DNA from: Callorhinchus milii
Lineage: Eukaryota
Assembly: GCF_018977255.1 (NCBI RefSeq)
Contig: NW_024704742.1
Coordinates: 52,020,001-52,084,000 of the forward strand
DNA length: 64,000 nt
Direction of reading: 5' to 3'
Shown here: positions 11,710 to 25,324 of the stretch, in pieces
How the letters are laid out: every line of letters starts with the position of its first letter
How positions within the stretch are numbered: the first letter of the stretch is position 1
Translations under genes and position numbers: made by a program
Notes under the pieces: model-generated
Database searches by the model: none
The model's input: only the letters and a program-made list of their open reading frames with translations
What the model was told of the DNA's origin: nothing

Positions 11710-14700
11710 TAATGGTTTAAAGTGGGGTCTGGATGCTATATAATTCTTCAGTTTGTACAAATGAATGTTTCTATTACTTTCAGAGTTACCAATGGTCACA
11801 GGAAATGTATAATGGCTGACTTTGGGATTCAGGCAACGCTTCTGAAGGGCTTTGAGTTGTCTCATCAAAGTGATAAGTTATGTCCAACACAAGGGTTACT
11901 ATTTTCCTTTCAATGCCATTTAAATATCGCCCAACTGTATAATTCCCTTCTGAGATGTTTCTTTATAAGACACTTGACTTTAAAATACAAGATTACATTT
12001 GTATAGCGCCTTTCACGTTGCAAGGATGTCCCAAGGTGCTGAAGTGCAAGTTGTGTTGTTTCAAACATGTTAGGTTACAATAATGTAAACAGTAATGTAA
12101 AGCAGGTTTTTTGACCTACTCATTTATACTAATCTGGTCATTATTATTTTCTAAATAACAACTGTTATCAAGTTGGTAGGAACATTGTGTCCTTCACCAT
12201 CTTCCCCTTTGAGTTAATCATCAGTTCTTCAAAAAGCTTCAGGCAGGATTTTGTTAAAACAGCATCTGTGCTTCCTCAAAATTAATGAGATTAATTTTAT
12301 ATCAACATTTAATTGTGCTTAGTGACATATGCAAAAGCTGATTATTCACATAGATCACTCAGTTGACAGGCAAAGAGCCATGGTTGACATGGCAGACATT
12401 CAGCCTTGATTCCTCATAACAATATAGTTCCAAAGTATAAGGATGAATGTTTGGGGAATCATTGTCATTATTCAAAACACATGTTGAAGTCTGTGATATA
12501 GCATGTTTCCCTTCAACATATTCCTTGAATAGCCAGTTAATCAACACACAGTTTTCTTGTGAAGATAAATATGTATTTCTAGGTGAAAGGTAGAGACAAA
12601 TTTGGGTAGCAATTTATTTTTGCTCTAAGCATTTTTTAGAAGTTGAAATGGCTCGCGTCTCTATGGAACAAAAGAAAAAGGCAGAGACGATGACGATAAT
12701 GAAATTAGATAGAGTGACCACTGATAAGTCAACCAGATGATAAGGTTCTTTAATTAAAGGTGAGACTACCCCAGTCTACAGCTGAAAATAAAAGTAGCGC
12801 TTAAGTTTTCACTGGTACAATCACCTCGTTTGGGAGGGCTTTGGGCAGATGTTTTTTTCTCTTGCAACAATAAATATATAAAGCAAAATCACCTCACAAG
12901 GGTCACCAGAGGAATGAAAGTCAACCTGAAAGTCTGGCTGCAATTACTGACCAATTTGAATGCAACAACTATGAAGCAATCCAAATTTTGCTTAGACAAG
13001 GACCAATTACAGAACGAATGGAAAAACAGATGTTGGATTACATTAAGGATAGGGAAGATACTGCTGTGGACATTGCTGTTATAAGACATGACTCCAGAAG
13101 CAGACTGCTAAAGGGAATGGCAAGGACATCATCTTTTAAACCATTTTTCACAGTGGTAATGGTCAACATTTGGTCTCATCTGCTCACCATCAAAAAGGTG
13201 AGTCCTATACAAATAATTGGGCAATACCGTACCTAAATGAATAACAGATAGAGCGGCTGGTTCAAGTTAGTTATGAATGTTTTAGGAAGTTAATTGCAGT
13301 GCGCATTACAAATTGTAAATTTTTAACGTGTAAAAATATAATAGCTGATGAATTCCAATTGAGTTTCTTACATTCTTGTATCAAATGTGAATCTTGAATT
13401 TGCATCAATGCCTGAAAGAACATGAGCTGACCTTTATCTGCTGAATTCATCCATGGTTTGACTTTGGGGAGGCCTACAGTACCAGGAATGACCTCATTGA
13501 CAGATTTATAGTATCAATCCAGTATAACAGGTTGTGGAACTCTCAACGAAAGGTTAAAAAAAATTAAACAAAGACACAGAAGAAAAACGAAAGGGGAAAT
13601 TCAGGGGGAATAAAACTGGAGAATGGAAAAGAAAGAAATACAATTTAAACATGTTAAAGTTTATATTCTGGTTGTAAAGTTGAAGAGTTCACAAGGAAAA
13701 GATGTGATACTGCACCTGATGTTTGTGTCAACCTTGACATTATCCAATGAGTGCTGATGACATTAATAGAGGAACTTGTTTGGAGGAGGTTTTGAAGACT
13801 GACAATACAGTATAAGGAAATTTCAGTAACGTAATGGATTATCTTCAGCAGTCCTGCATTTTAACGATGCTACTCTTTAACTCTGCTCATGTCTCTGCTC
13901 AGATCCACAAGTCTCGCTCAACCATTTTAGTTTTCTTTAAAAATGAATATTTTTAAAAAAATAAAATGCAGCTATTGGATATCATTATTTGATTGGCAAT
14001 GTGGGGATGCCTCAATTGGCTTCAGGGGGACTGCCAATGGCAGGCTTTCCTTTCCAGATTGCCATCCCAAATACTGTAGCAGATATAAGGTATGGCTGCT
14101 TCTTGGAGTTACTGCTGTAGGGACATCAATGGGATAGATTCTTGAGAATTATTAAGGGATATTGGAGAGAAAGAACCCAGTGGAATAGGATAAAAAATCT
14201 GCCACTGTGTAAAATATGGAATCAGCTCAAAGGGCCAAGCCGCCTACTCTTGAAATTGTCCTTCACAACCATGAACCTGTGGCCTCTTATTCCGCTGCCG
14301 TGGGACATCTGAATGTATTATTCTGTTCCTTTGTTCCAAATGCTCAATGAACAAATTCTAGGGAATGTCATGGATTTCAGGGACAGGAGCAGAGGGTTAG
14401 AGTGAAAAAAAATTTAATTCTGGGAAGGATTTAAAAGCTAATCTTTATTAATTCTAATAGATTTTAAAAGGGATTCTGATGTCACGACTCAGTCTGTTTT
14501 GGAGTTTGCAGGATAAAACAGTGTGATCAGAATGGGAAAGAGGAAAATATTAGCTTCCTAACAGCTTTGGCCATCTTAGGTTTAGTTAATGTTTCTGTGT
14601 TTTTCCACACCTCATGTTTGCTATGGGAAACAGGAAATGACAAGACAGGCGGCACCTAATAAATTATTAAAATGATATACAAGTTGAATTTACTGCTTGC

Positions 14701-15454
14701 AATACACTCCACACACATCCAATCAAATAATACCTTTTAGGTATGGCCTTTTTATTATTTCTTCAGATTGTTTTAGATTGTATGAGTGAGGTTCCAGGAA
14801 CATAATGAAGGAATGAATTCTCGTGGAGTACTTTGGGGATAATAACTGGCCCACCACACTATGTATATATGCAGTAATCCCCAGTATTAACTACCATTGT
14901 TAAAGAATGGAAGAGATTTGCTTCATTCTCTACTTCATATGCTCCTGCCCAAGCGATTAATGAAAAAAGGCTCATTATTTAAGCCCAAGAGATTCTTCGC
15001 AGAGAACTCAACCCTCTTAAATTCTCATTCGGTTTATATGCAAGCTTCCTCTTCAGCTGCCAAGTCCATAGATTGTGTATTAATTGTATAGTTTGCAAAA
15101 AATATTATTTTAAAAGAGTTTAGCTGTTACTCTAATGTACTGTACTTTGTTAGTACATATGCAACTGAATTATAATTCAGAACACTTGCATGTTCTTATA
15201 ATACATCCAGCAACATTTTTCCATTAAAATACAGGAGAAAACAGAAATATTTTTCTAACTATTTAATAAATTATTTTTTGTTACTTATTTCAAAGTCAAT
15301 GATTTGATCCGTGTCTCCAAATTTCTGTAGAGCAACCTATTATAGTCTGAAACAGTGTAAAACGTATTCAAAGCTCTATTCTATTATTCTTCCTCCTGCC
15401 AAATAAGGAGATCTTGTAAAACTACATGGAGTTTTACAAGATCTACTCAACTGC

Positions 15455-15670
15455 TCATACCGTTCTGGGCACCGCGACATAAGAGAAGACAAAGTGCTCT
15501 ACTTTGCATAGCTTAGAGGCAGTGCAAACTAGAGCAATGAGTTTGATCCTCAGTGTTAAAGGAATGAGCTATACGAGCAACAATCAGACAAGCTAGGGTC
15601 GTTCAGTCTCCAGAGAAGATGTCTTAGAGGGGACTTTATAAAAGTGTACAAATTTAAAAGTGGATTAAAA
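15455..15670 (+). mobile_element. Decayed CR1 ORF2 fragment
   Basis: FWAP...LEAVQTRAM...LGSFSLQRRCLRGDFIKVYK-like translation. Confidence 0.7.
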
Positions 15671-17179
15671 GAGTGCAAGTAAAATTTATGTTAAAACAAA
15701 AGCAATCAATTCAATTGTATGTGTATTCTGTAGTGCAGACAGTTCAGGTTTCAAGCAACAGTTCAATGATTTTGAACAAATATACATTGTTTAAAGTGTC
15801 ATTGTTCTTGAAAGAGATCCAAGTCTGATGCCATTAAGTCACTTGATACATTTGGCAAAGCACCATAAAGCTTTTGATATTGAGGTAACAATTCAAGGTT
15901 TGCAAGACACACAATGCACATTCTGCTGACAAGAAACCTGCTCTCCAAAGGAACCAAAGCTCTGATGACTGAAAGTCACTTATAACATTTGGTTAAAAGA
16001 TGTTGAAGTATTTTAAAGCATATTAACAAGCTAGAGTTCAAAGAAAAATGACTATAGAGATAGATAGACAAATGAATAATACTGCACTGTATTCACATAC
16101 ATAAATAACCCTCTTCCCCCAACTTCTTCCTCCCCCTCCTCCCCACAGTCTGTTTTTTTGTTGAAATTCTGAATATCACTGTGGATTGGCAGGCATATAC
16201 TCATAATAGCAAATGTGATGTATGCACTTGCATGTTTACAGTAATTGTTAGTGTTTTGGAGAAATTTGGCATTCACAATGTTGCTGATTAGGGTCTGACT
16301 AAAGACTAAAGACTAAAGACTATTGCACTTATTTGATGATTCTGTACAGGATCAACCCACAATGCTAAGAACAGTAGATACGGGATACTGTCATCTATGT
16401 CATTAGTGACAATATATTAGAAAGAAAGCAACTGTGCATCACAGTATTTATAGGATTACCATATATGTCAGTGCTTTAGCTTCCAGAGTCAAGTGTATGT
16501 TTACACCTTGAAATTTGCCTTTGATAACCAGATTTTAGTAACCATGTATCCTCTGAGCAGTTCACTCCCAAGGAGACCCTGCTTATCACCCCACCAAAGA
16601 TAACTATATTATTACACACTGTAATCATTTTATTAATATTGAAAAGACCAGAGGCTGAATGAACCAACTGTGATTATAACAAACAACCACATACAATACT
16701 CAACCAATTGAGCCATCTGGACTTTTCATGATGGTATCAACGTGGATCAGTTGGTAGCACTTTTGTCTCTATATCAGAAGGTTGTGGGTTGTAAATGTAA
16801 GCTTTTTTTTAAAAAATAGTTTGACATGTTGAAGATCCTATGGCACTGTTTGAAAAGAAAAGTTTCTCTGAGTTTACTGGCCAACAAAACCCCTCCAATG
16901 AATAGCTGTCTTGCCTATCACTTTACAGCTTCTTCCTTCTTTATTGCTTTTTTCCTCTTCTTGTTTCTTCTGTCTTATTTCCTTTTCACTCTACTTTTGT
17001 ATCTTTAATCCCCCCCACTTCTCTCTCTCTCTCGCTCTCTCTCTAAGGATCTTGAAGTAATTTGACTATTTGGCTGGAGTTGTTTAAATGTATGTTGACC
17101 TAGAATCCCTGCTCACGGATCTCATTACAATTTCGTTAATACACCAGCAACAAAGGTTATGCACAGCAAAGGATAAAAA

Positions 17180-17580
17180 ATAATAATCCTTGCATTTGAT
17201 ATAGGGCTTTCACATTGGGAGGACTTCCTAAAGTGCTTCACATGATTTACTGTAAAGTGGAATGACTGTGTATTTTTAGGTGAACATGGCAGCTTAATTG
17301 CACATAGCAATGTCTCACAAACACTCATGGAACGAATGACCAATTTTAATTTGGAGGATTGTTGTCCAGAACACCAGTAGAAACTCCCTTCTCTTTTTGA
17401 GTAGTCCCTTTGAATCTTTTGAATCCACCTGAAAATGCAAGTGGGATCTTGGTTTAACGTCTCATCTGAAGGATGCCACATCCAACAATGCAACATATCC
17501 CCAGCACTGCATTTGAGTGTGGAGCTTGAACCGACAACCTTTGACTCAGATACGAGCGTGCTGTGCCAAATTGTCACACA
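17180..17580 (-). mobile_element. Deu-domain SINE
   Basis: Tail, 3' region, Deu core and head, all antisense. Confidence 0.85.
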
Positions 17581-17789
17581 TAACAACTACACTTAGCAAC
17601 GACAAAATAAACATGCATTCCAATCTTAACCTTCGTGAAAAGCTGTTATTTTGTAGTTTCCTTCTTAAATATTAATTTTGAGTCATTTTGATTCCCACCT
17701 GTTCACAAGAAGTGTTTTCTTCTCTTTTACTCTCTAAAAATTGGAAAGGTTGAGGCTTAGTGAGAGATTTCCATAGTTTCAGGGTGTAG

Positions 17790-18045
17790 CGGCTGACTAC
17801 CGCACTACCGATTGTGGAATGCAGGGGATGAGGGACAAGCAGGAGGCAGGGGGTGGTGGAGTGGGAAGTAAGCAGGTCGGAGAGGTAGGGAGGTACCAGG
17901 CCTAAAGGGATTTGTAGACGTGTGAGGATCTTGAAGTCGATCCGTTCTGTGATAGGGAGCCAGTGGAGCCTGGCGAGGATTGGTGTGATGCGGGTACGGC
18001 GTTTAAAGCGGGTGAGTATGCGGGCAGCGGAGATCTGAATTAGTT
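17790..18045 (-). mobile_element. L2 ORF2 C-terminal fragment
   Basis: Matches the LHWLP...RIDFKIL segment of other copies (gaggatcttgaagtcgatccg). Confidence 0.8.
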
Positions 18046-18239
18046 TAATTAGTCAGCATTCTACATCCTCTCTATCTTTCACTCTGACTCACAATACTCA
18101 CCTTGCTCAGGTACTATGGCCTCTCAGCTTCCCAGGCATCGCCTCAACTGCCATGCTTTCCCTCCACAGCCCCAGGTGGCCATGTAACCAGGCTTCCTTT
18201 ATTATCCCTGGCAAGAACAGAGACTTCCTTCACCCAGTC

Positions 18240-18700
18240 ACAGAGCAATTTCTTTTGGTCAGCTGGGTGGTCTGAGGAAAACCATAATCATGCTCAAGAG
18301 CATTCAAACCAGATTGAGTTCCACAAATGTGTATCACCTACACTTGGAATTTTCCTTGTGCCTGGAATTAAATTCATATTCTCTACCCGAAGGGATGCAC
18401 CACGCTTACCTAATTTCTTATTAGAGTAAGATCTAAGGCTTGGGGACCCCATAACGTGCATTTACCAGCTACTGTAAAACCAAATAGTTTGCCACTGTGA
18501 GAACTGTCTGGCAAGCTTCCCACAGTTTGTCCCGCTAGAATCACCCTACCCTCAAGGGCTTTGACTTGCAGCATTAACTGGAACTTAGTGGGAAGAATCC
18601 CTGCTCCCCTGGTCTGCCCTTCAAGTTCTGTCAATGAGACAGGCTGGCTGTGCTGAGTGCCCTGGAGAACTACAGACCTGCATGGCTCATAAACCAGACT
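18240..18700 (-). repeat. Unclassified repeat, copy 2
   Basis: Antisense gggattcttcc, aagcttgccagacag, ggggtccccaagcct, cagctgaccaaaa. Confidence 0.7.
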
Positions 18701-19532
18701 ACTGAGACTGCCACAGAGGATTGCCTAGATTCTGATATTCTGATGCCAGACACATCACAGAATAAGAGAGACTGAAGGCAGAGCGGTTTACGCCTTCATA
18801 CCATTCAGGCTCCTTCGCTTTCAGGTATAGTGCAATGTCCTTCAGGGCTTAATTGGTTACCATATTGCTGGGTTCAAAGTCTGTTACAATAATTCAAAAG
18901 ATCACCTCTCTGATTACAGATACACGTGGATACAAATAAACATTTTACAGGTAACTATATATGCAGGCTAGGAACAGTAATAAGGTCATAAGTGGCAATT
19001 TGATGAACAAGAAGTAATGAGAGTGTATGAAAACTAAAATATCATTATCCTTGCATTTGAAATGTCATCGAATTGGCTCAAAGGCCTACACAGGGTTTGG
19101 TGTAAGCTGTAGTAAGGTGTAGCAACTGTGTATTTGCAGGCGAACGCAGCAGCCAATATGCACACAGTCATGAGGTGAATGACCAAATCATCTGGGGAAT
19201 AAATTGATGAAAACTGGAGCAAATGAGGTAGATAAACAGATTGTAATGGAGATAAGTACTAGCAAGCATTTGTTATGAAAAGATACAAATTCCATCACGT
19301 CAATATCCGATTTAACCATCCCTCTCAACTTCCTGCAGCATCCATAGTTCTTCACTGGAGTGTAGAGGTGCCAGTTCCTGGTATATAGACTTACTGCTGC
19401 TATTTGTTGAGCTGAGTCAGTATTCCAGGAACTGGTACTTCAATGCCGGGCCATCCAGGCCAATGGTGTCTTTGAGCGCACAGGGTGCCGATAATCAGGA
19501 CGTCACAATTTTCACCCGATAACTTTTCACAA

Positions 19533-19742
19533 TCATAATAATAATAATAATCCTTGCATTTGATATAGCGCTTTTCACGTCGGAAGGACGTCCCAAAGCG
19601 CTTCACAGAACACACTGTTAAGTGAATTGACTGTATATTTGTGGGCGAACGCGGCAGCCAATTGCACACAGCAATGTCCCACAAACAGTCGTAGATTGAA
19701 AATGACCAATTTATTATTGTTTTTGGTTTTGGAGGGATTATC
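19533..19742 (-). mobile_element. SINE 3' half (young). Further 3' halves at ~5410-5590(+), 7795-7940(+), 8760-8970(-), 19040-19195(-), 19975-20110(+), 34002-34215(-), 35745-35930(-), 38835-39000(-), 40910-41118(-)
   Basis: Recurrent block aataatccttgcatttgatatagcgc...cttcacagaatatactgtaaagtgaattgactgtatatttgtgggcgaa...gcagccaattgc. Confidence 0.9.
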
Positions 19743-20147
19743 ATAAAATAAAATCAACAAGAATTACACCTATCTGCCTATTTGGTAAATTTTAATTTTC
19801 ATTTATTGACAAAGGACATGAGTAAAATACAAACTAAAAGGATAAGCCTGCAGGATGTTTGCTCTATCTGGTTAATATGTCACATTGGCAGTAAGCAAAC
19901 AACTTAAAATTGTACATTTTGAAGATTTGGACATACAAAGCAGCTGAGCTAAATAATGGTAAATAGATTTTAATATACTGCTGTGCACAATTGGCTAACA
20001 CGATTGGCCCAAAAAATATACAGTCAATTCACTTTACAGTATATTCTGCGAAGCACTTTGAAACTCTCGAAGACGTGATAAAGCACCATATCAAATGCAA
20101 GGATTATTATTGAGAAATGTATAAGTTAATACACATTGAAAATTAAA

Positions 20148-20810
20148 CAGCAACAACAGCAAATTGCATTTATATAGCATCCTTCAAGCAGGGTAGTGTC
20201 TCGGTGCGCTTAACAGTGGTGGATTATGATACTGAGCTGGGGAAGGAGGGAGGTGACCATAGGCAAAATCGAAGAGGAAGGTCTTCAGGCGTGATCTAAC
20301 AAAGAGGAATGAGAGAGAGAGAGTACCAAAGTTGTGGGGTGTCGTGGTTGAAAGGATGGCCACTGATGATGGAGTGGAGGGGACAAGGACAAACAGGAGG
20401 CTGGAGGTGGCGAGTGGGATTAAGCCGGTTGGAAAGATATGGAGGTGTGAGGGCATGAAGCAATTTGAAGACGAGTGTAAGGATCTTGAAGTCGATCCGT
20501 TCTATGGAGCCTGGCAATGGGTGATAGAGGTACGGAGTTTGGTGTGGGTGAGTATATGGGTGGCAGAGTTTGGGATTAGTTGGATTTTGTGGATAGTAGA
20601 ACTATAGAAACTGGAGAGGAGGGCATTGAAATAATTGAGGTGACAAAAGTTTCAGCTGTGTTGGGCATGAGGTACAGTCGAAGATGGCTAATGTGATGGA
20701 GGTGGAGGAAAGCAGTCCTTGTCGGGGACCAGATGTGATGTAGGAAGGATGGCTGGGGATTGAACTTGATTCTTGGTTCTGTACAAGTTCTGTGAGTCTG
20801 AGGGATAGGC
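20148..20810 (-). mobile_element. L2 LINE 3' fragment
   Basis: RIDFKILTLVFKLLHALTPPYLS and FLHLHHISHLRLYL; tail at ~20148. Confidence 0.85.
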
Positions 20811-22559
20811 CAGGAGGTTGATGAGATCAGAAAGGCAGGTGAGAAGACATTGACAGAAGCCAAGAACATCGAAGAACATGCAATCACAGCGGAGAAGAAG
20901 TAGATTTGGGTGCAAAGATGCATTCATGAAAGACTGCTTGTTAGCGAAGATGAGACATCCTCCAAATGTGAAAGATGCTATATAAATGTAAAATGTGTGA
21001 TTATAACTAGTTATAATCATCACATAATAGAAAATTCCACTCTATTGATACTTGGCCTTTTTGGTTGGTCAGTTGGTTGGCTGACACATGTGAAATGCAT
21101 GCTTCAGAGTTCCTGAACTGAACTGAGAGTTCTGATACGCAGTTCATCTATGCATGAAAGCTTCCCTGTGTCTGGAATAGAATGTGTATGCTTCTCATTG
21201 GAGGGATGCACCTTGCTTACCTCATTGCCGACAGTATTAGGTACAGGTTGGCAAGAGCCAAGGCTTGGAGATCTCAGTGTGCATTGAGGTACTGCTGGAG
21301 TCAGCTCTCATGTCAGAACACCACATAAATGTAAGTTGTTAATGTTTAACCACCTAAAATCACATAGCTTGCCATTAACAACACTGTGTTGCAAGTTTCC
21401 CACTGCCTGTTCAGCTTGTTAGGGCTTTGGCTTATAAGATTAATAAGGTTACCTGGCCAAGAGGCCCAGCCCCCAACTCTGTCACAATAACTGGGCCGAA
21501 GTGAGCCCATGTCTGCGATGAGCTTGCTGGACCATGAGATACTTGCGTAACTGAACAAAAATCAGAGGTAATCTATAGAAGCTGCAACAGACCAGATTGG
21601 CCTCAACATTGTGACAGAGTCAATGGAGGACCACACCCAAACATTGACTACATGGAATTTCTTGTGAATAGCACCAGTGTTAATTGACACATCAGAGGTT
21701 ACAATTTTCACCCCTATACCTTCTTTGACGTTCTCTGTGGCTTTAAACAAGAAATGTACATTTGTTTTTAAATTGAAGAAGAGTATCACAATTTTGTTGG
21801 AATTCAGTATCTTGTGTGGTCTATTTATTCACCATTGAAGTTTTGTAATTTTCCCATTTTTATTGCAACAATTTGATAATAACTAAAATACAACACTGCT
21901 TTAAGATCGCTTGTCAATATTTCAGCAAGAAATACCTAGGGCTGTGTTGGGAAAGGTCATTTAAAATGTCAATATACCAAATACAAGGATTATGAACTTC
22001 ACCACAGAGAAGATAAAAAGTGAAAGGCCTTCAATTGAAATGAAACGTGAAGAAAAATCCTTAGTGAGGAAGTGGTGAATAACATTTGGCCCTTCAGTTA
22101 TAAATCCACTGATTCACCTAAAACGATCAATTTTCACTCATACAAATTTGCCACAATAGGGAGAAAGGAAGCCGAAACAATGGGCAGGAAAGATGGAGTA
22201 AAGCCCTTCTTTTTGTTTATCTTTGTGTGAGTGCCAAATAATAATAAAAAAAAGATATGCATTTACACATTTCCAGTACTGAAGAACTCCCATAGCTGGG
22301 ATTAAAATACAGTACTTAAACTTCATTGAAATACTGGATGGATGCCAAGTAATTGCCTTCTACTTTAGCAATTTGTTTTTCAAAAAAAATGTAGTTGTTT
22401 CTTTGTGTCACAGATTAGCAACCGAGAAAATAAATACTTTTCAAAGTAACTCATTTAGCAAAGCCATCTGAAACATTCAAATGTGAAAAGCTACCGTATC
22501 AAATACAAGGATTATTTATTATTATAAACTCACTTAATATTTAAAAATTAATACAAACT

Positions 22560-22848
22560 AATAATAATCTTTGCATTTGGTATAATGCCTTATCACATCA
22601 TTGAGACCTCTCAAAGAGCTTCACAGAATATACTGTAAAGTGAATTGACTGTATATTTGTGGGCGAAACGCAGCAACCAATTGCGCACAGCGGTGTTCCA
22701 CAAACAGTCGTGGATTGAGTTACCAATTTTTTTTTAAGGACTTATTACCCCTGGAAAGTGATCTGCCAATTGACTAACAACCGGCTTCCTACTTACTGCT
22801 AAGTAAACAAACGTGTGGAGTAAGGAAACTTGCCTAAGGTTTTGCCCT
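22560..22848 (-). mobile_element. Same SINE, 5'-truncated long form
   Basis: Tail through ...cctaaggttttgccct. Confidence 0.9.
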
Positions 22849-22864
22849 ACATATCACATACTCA

Positions 22865-23250
22865 CTGCCCACCGCCTTTTGGAAATACAATGAATAATTT
22901 GAAAGGGTGCAGAGAATAAAAACAAGGAAAATTCTTTGACTTGGAGCTGCCAGTTATAAGGAGCAGCTCACTAAGTTGAATTATTAGAAAAAAGATCAAG
23001 GGAAACATGAACGAAATGTATATAAATTGTTGAGAGTCATAGATGATATAGATGTAAACAGATTATTTTAGTTAGAGCATGAAAGCAAAAGTAGAGGGCA
23101 CGGGTTAAAAATTAAACAGCTCAAGATGGGCTGTTTAAGATTAGAAGTTTTTTTTTCTCTCCCAATAATGGACATGTTGAATGGACTCCCAAAAAATATA
23201 GCTGATGCTGCGTAAATTAACTCTTGTGAAATATAACTGAATAAGTATCC
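22865..23250 (+). mobile_element. Decayed CR1 ORF2 C-terminal fragment
   Basis: gaaagggtgcagaga (ERVQR), agtagagggcacgggttaaaa (SRGHGLK), aatggactccca (NGLP). Confidence 0.65.
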
Positions 23251-23661
23251 ACATCAGAGTTGGAAGTCTCAAAAGACAGTATAATACAGGGGAAGGCTGC
23301 CAAAAATGCTGTTTAAATCCAATAGACTTTTGCTGGCACAGTAATGCAGGTAAAGCTTTTAGACTGGAAGAATACTAGAGACTACTAGTCTGTAAACACA
23401 GGTGCAGACTGAAATGATCCCCACAAGACACAATCATTATGCTTTCTGTGCTGCTTGTGGGGAATGGGGCTAGGAGCGAAGCTCATGAAAGAGATGGCGG
23501 GAGGGAGTATGGTTGTGGAAAGAACAGACTTAATGGGATAAAATGCCAAGCCCTGAAAACCTTGTCTTAATAATTCACACACAGCTAAGCAAAATAAAGG
23601 AAAACTTTTTATGGGTTCATATCTTTGCAAAATATACAGCATAAAGTGATCCTTATTACTC

Positions 23662-23999
23662 TTGTCTCTGGATTTGGGTGACCTTGTTGCCAGTTCTGCA
23701 TTTATTGCCCATCCCTAGCTGCCCTGACAAAGGGATAGAAAGACCTCTCTTTACAAGTGAGTGGTCTCCAAAAGCATTTTAGGAGTCAACAACTTAGTGT
23801 GGGATTGCAGTCAAATGTCAGCCTCATCATGTATGGATCACGGATATTCTTACCCTGAAATACATTAGTAAACCAATCCAGTAGCTTTGTGGTGCTGGGT
23901 CCAATTACCAAACACTATAAATTCAAATTACACATATGCCATGGCAGGATTCAAATCCATGGTCGTTGGGTACTAGTCTGGTATCATTACCACTACACC
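23662..23999 (-). mobile_element. Old tRNA-derived SINE of a third family
   Basis: Antisense head ggtgtagtggtaatg...actagta...ggatttgaatcctgccatggca, and 3' end agggatgggcaataaatgc. Resembles a shark SINE recalled from memory. Confidence 0.65.
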
Positions 24000-24012
24000 A
24001 ACATATCCAAAC

Positions 24013-24367
24013 ATAATAATAATCCTTTTATTTGATATAGCACCTTAGCAAGTCTTTGAGACATCTCAAAGCGCTTCACAGAATCTACTGTATGGTGAAT
24101 TAACTGTATATTTTGTGGCAGCCAATTGCAAACAGCAGTGTCCCACAAACTGTTGTAGACTGAGTGACCAATTTATCATTTTTTTTTGAAAGAATTATTT
24201 CCCCTGGAAAAGCAATCCGCCAATCAACTAACAACTGGGTTCCTACTTATTGCCAGGTAAATAGAGGCGTGTGGAGTAAGGAAACCAATGTTTCGCCCTG
24301 CCGGGAATCGAACCAGGTCTCTCGCTTGCGAGCCACGTTCTCTAACCACTGAGCAACAGGACTCCAC
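24013..24367 (-). mobile_element. tRNA-Ala-headed SINE, full-length long form
   Basis: Same organisation as 11337-11709. Confidence 0.92.
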
Positions 24368-25224
24368 TTTGTACAAAATGTACAAAGGTTGGATATGAAC
24401 TTACAATGGTTATTATTATATAACAAAATGTGAAATATTGGTGAAAGTGGCAAAGCAGTCTTTGTTCTCATGTTTGCATGGTTCTCAGGCAGATTGTGTA
24501 TTTATTAAGACATTTTCTAGATGTAAAGAAAAAAAATGTAAAATGTTTGTAACTTTGAGTTAGATCTGATCCTAGAAAGTAAATCTAATTACTTATTCAG
24601 CATTTCTGTTTATTTTGCATCTTCCAAATACAGTACTTCAGAGCCATTCAGTACTTTCTGTTTCTTTCAATTAATGTTCAATCTAACAGAAAACATTCTG
24701 TTCTCCACCTTCACCACCTGTATTTTAGACAGTGGAGTTAGAAAGTCAGTAAAAGGTGGTCAAAACAAAATATACTGCATGATAGACTTCAACTTTTATA
24801 GTTCAACAAGAGTTTCAAACCAATGAGAGCTCTTCCCTAAAGTAACAAAATGCTCAATTATAATAACCGTAATAAAGGAGATAGCACTTTGTTTTTGAAA
24901 CTGAGATAACTATCACATTTTAAATTTGTGACATCTGTAGCTTATCTGTGAAGTATACAGGCTCTCCCTCTTTATGTGGAAAAGTTATAGGAAGTTTGAC
25001 ATTAATCTTACACAACGTAACCCTTCAACAAAATAGCTTCTGATTCAAATGTCTTGCAGCATTAATGAAGTTAAGCGGTTTCTTCAAAATAGTCTCCTAT
25101 TAGAGCTCACTGAGGTTTGGGGGTAAACTAATAAGAAGACATTAATTATCAGCATTACACAAAGAGTATTTATTCAAAGCACTGAATTAGAAAATTGTTC
25201 TTATTAACATGTTTGGCTACTTAC

Positions 25225-25324
25225 CTTTTTCCACTCAGTTTGGCAGGATAATGCTTTTAAAATGGCTGATCAGTTTCATGTTCCATGCCAATCGACAAAC
25301 TTGTATAAAGTATAGCACCAACAC
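25225..25324 (-). other. Candidate non-coding exon or alternative first exon
   Basis: Strong donor AAG|GTAAGT at 25225 and weaker acceptor cctgttgcAG at 25325. Stops in all three frames. Lies in a ~2-kb stretch with no recognisable repeats. Confidence 0.3.

Noticed and set aside
16297..16322. (GACTAAA)x3 and similar micro-duplications (9410-9436, 37471-37490)
   Set aside because: Routine slippage events.
21453..21550. Minus-strand coding exon (tttttgttcAG ... CAG|GTAACC)
   Set aside because: Splice signals are plausible, but neither open frame resembles a known protein. Too weak to list as a feature.
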